A stretch of DNA of 5,724 bases from Thermincola sp. (lineage in GTDB: Bacteria > Bacillota > Thermincolia > Thermincolales > UBA2595), in assembly GCA_032027005.1 (NCBI GenBank), contig JAVSMW010000006.1:137544-143267 (forward strand). The letters run 5' to 3'. How positions within the stretch are numbered: the stretch's first letter is position 1; each line of letters opens with the position of its first letter. The position numbers were made by a program, and so were the translations under genes. The notes under the pieces are model-generated. The model was not told where the DNA came from and did no database searches. It saw nothing but the letters and a program-made list of their open reading frames with translations. Shown here piece by piece: positions 4,668 to 5,724 of this stretch.

Positions 4668-5724
4668 CCTTTCGCGATTTTTTGTTGAATTTTCTCCGGA
4701 GTAATAGGCAGAGAATCGAATTTGACTTTCAAAGCGTTGTGTACGGCGTTGGCCACTGCTTCCACTGCCGCAATACTCACTGTCATACCCGCTTCTTTCG
4801 CCCCGAAAGGCCCCGCCGGGTCTTGAGATTCTATGATAATTGATTCAACCGGAGGCATTTCACCGGCAAGACATGATTTATAATCCAAAAATCCCGCATT
4901 CAGAACCCGTCCGTCTTTCCAAATCAATTCCTCGGATAAAGCCTGCCCAATCCCAAAGGCTACCGAACCCTCAAATTGACCCTCTACAGCCTTAGGGTTT
5001 ATGGCATGGCCACAATCATGAGCAGCTGTAACATTCAAAACTTTAACATGATATGTCACCGGATCCACTTCCACCTCAGCAACTGCAGCTCCATAGCTAT
5101 ATGCGCCGGTAGGCTGGCCGTCGATTTTGCCATTCATCCAGTTAACTGGGGTGACATCACTGGGGCGCCATTCCCCTTGGCCAATAACCTGCGTCCCGGC
5201 AACTAAACCAGCTATCAGAACTTCTTTGATCCCAATAGACTGTTCTGGTTTACCCTTGATAAATATCCGCCGGTTAGCAATATCAAGTTCCTGGGCATCT
5301 ACTTTTAATTTTTTTGCCGCTGTCGTCAAAATCTGATTACGGGCATCTTGGGCTGCCCTTAGAACAGCATTACCCGAAATGTAAGCTGTACTCATGGTAT
5401 AGGTCCCCGGATCAGAAGGAGTCAGGTCGGTGTCACCACAGGTTAGACTAAAATCCTCCATGGGTAGTCCCAGGGTTTCCGCAGCGATTTGGGTATGCAT
5501 GGTTTTATTGCCCTGGCCATTTTCGATAGAACCGGTTAAAATGTTGGCTTTGCCATCTTCGTTAAATTTGATAATAGCTCCCGATTTGGAACGAACCCCC
5601 AGGTCAAAGCCGCAAATATGGATTCCGGCACCTACACCGATGCCCCTATATGGTTGTGGGGTTGATTGCCTTTTTTCTTTCCAGCCCGACTTTTCGCCGA
5701 CTTTTTCGAGAGACTCACTAAAGC
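4661..5724 (-). CDS. Molybdopterin-binding large subunit (CoxL/XdhA/HcrA family), C-terminal ~353 aa only; 5' end lies beyond the window
   Basis: The ORF track starts at M5500. My own translation of 5501-5722 in the same frame has no stop: FSESLEKVGEKSGWKEKRQSTPQPYRGIGVGAGIHICGFDLGVRSKSGAIIKFNEDGKANILTGSIENGQGNKT-MHTQIAAETLGL. This contains the family signature GQGxxTxxxQIAAExLG, so the gene continues to the window edge. Stop is TAG at 4663-4661. Confidence 0.88.
   Translation of the reverse strand, partial: FSESLEKVGEKSGWKEKRQSTPQPYRGIGVGAGIHICGFDLGVRSKSGAIIKFNEDGKANILTGSIENGQGNKTMHTQIAAETLGLPMEDFSLTCGDTDLTPSDPGTYTMSTAYISGNAVLRAAQDARNQILTTAAKKLKVDAQELDIANRRIFIKGKPEQSIGIKEVLIAGLVAGTQVIGQGEWRPSDVTPVNWMNGKIDGQPTGAYSYGAAVAEVEVDPVTYHVKVLNVTAAHDCGHAINPKAVEGQFEGSVAFGIGQALSEELIWKDGRVLNAGFLDYKSCLAGEMPPVESIIIESQDPAGPFGAKEAGMTVSIAAVEAVANAVHNALKVKFDSLPITPEKIQQKIAKGW

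Noticed and set aside
3455-5336. Antisense ORFs 3455-3667, 4447-4638, 4976-5206 and 5127-5336 (+) within the molybdoenzyme operon
   Set aside because: All are embedded opposite strongly motif-supported subunit genes. They have no Shine-Dalgarno site and no recognisable domains, so they are shadow ORFs.

Overview
The window holds five protein-coding genes and one unusually structured 686-bp intergenic region. I found no rRNA, tRNA, CRISPR array, transposase, integrase or recognisable defence gene.

Genes, left to right:
- 156-1451 (-): a DUF1015-family protein with a TTG start.
- 2138-3037 (+): a membrane-tethered NodB-type polysaccharide deacetylase, transcribed divergently from the DUF1015 gene.
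- 3096-3132: a bidirectional stem-loop terminator.
- 3160-5724 (-): a tightly coupled three-gene operon for a xanthine-dehydrogenase / CO-dehydrogenase-family molybdenum enzyme. The order is Mo subunit (5'-truncated by the window edge), FAD subunit, then 2Fe-2S subunit.

Main observations:
- The FAD subunit carries a Cys-rich insertion. Its spacing matches the extra [4Fe-4S] loop of 4-hydroxybenzoyl-CoA reductase HcrB, as far as I recall those positions. That would suggest a ferredoxin-driven reductase of unknown substrate.
- The divergent intergenic region (1452-2137) contains two large imperfect palindromes built from short purine-rich motifs. One is a 32-bp-stem hairpin made of inverted heptamer (NNGAGTG) arrays. 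The other is a roughly 180-bp MITE-like palindrome carrying paired CGCAGAG/CTCTGCG boxes.
- The same region also has a 20-bp-phased direct repeat and a GC-richer island. None of this is explained by the flanking genes, so it is the best candidate for something undescribed here. I cannot assign it a function from sequence alone.

Strong GGAGG Shine-Dalgarno sites, frequent TTG starts and the anaerobe-type enzyme suggest an anaerobic Firmicute. This is inference only.
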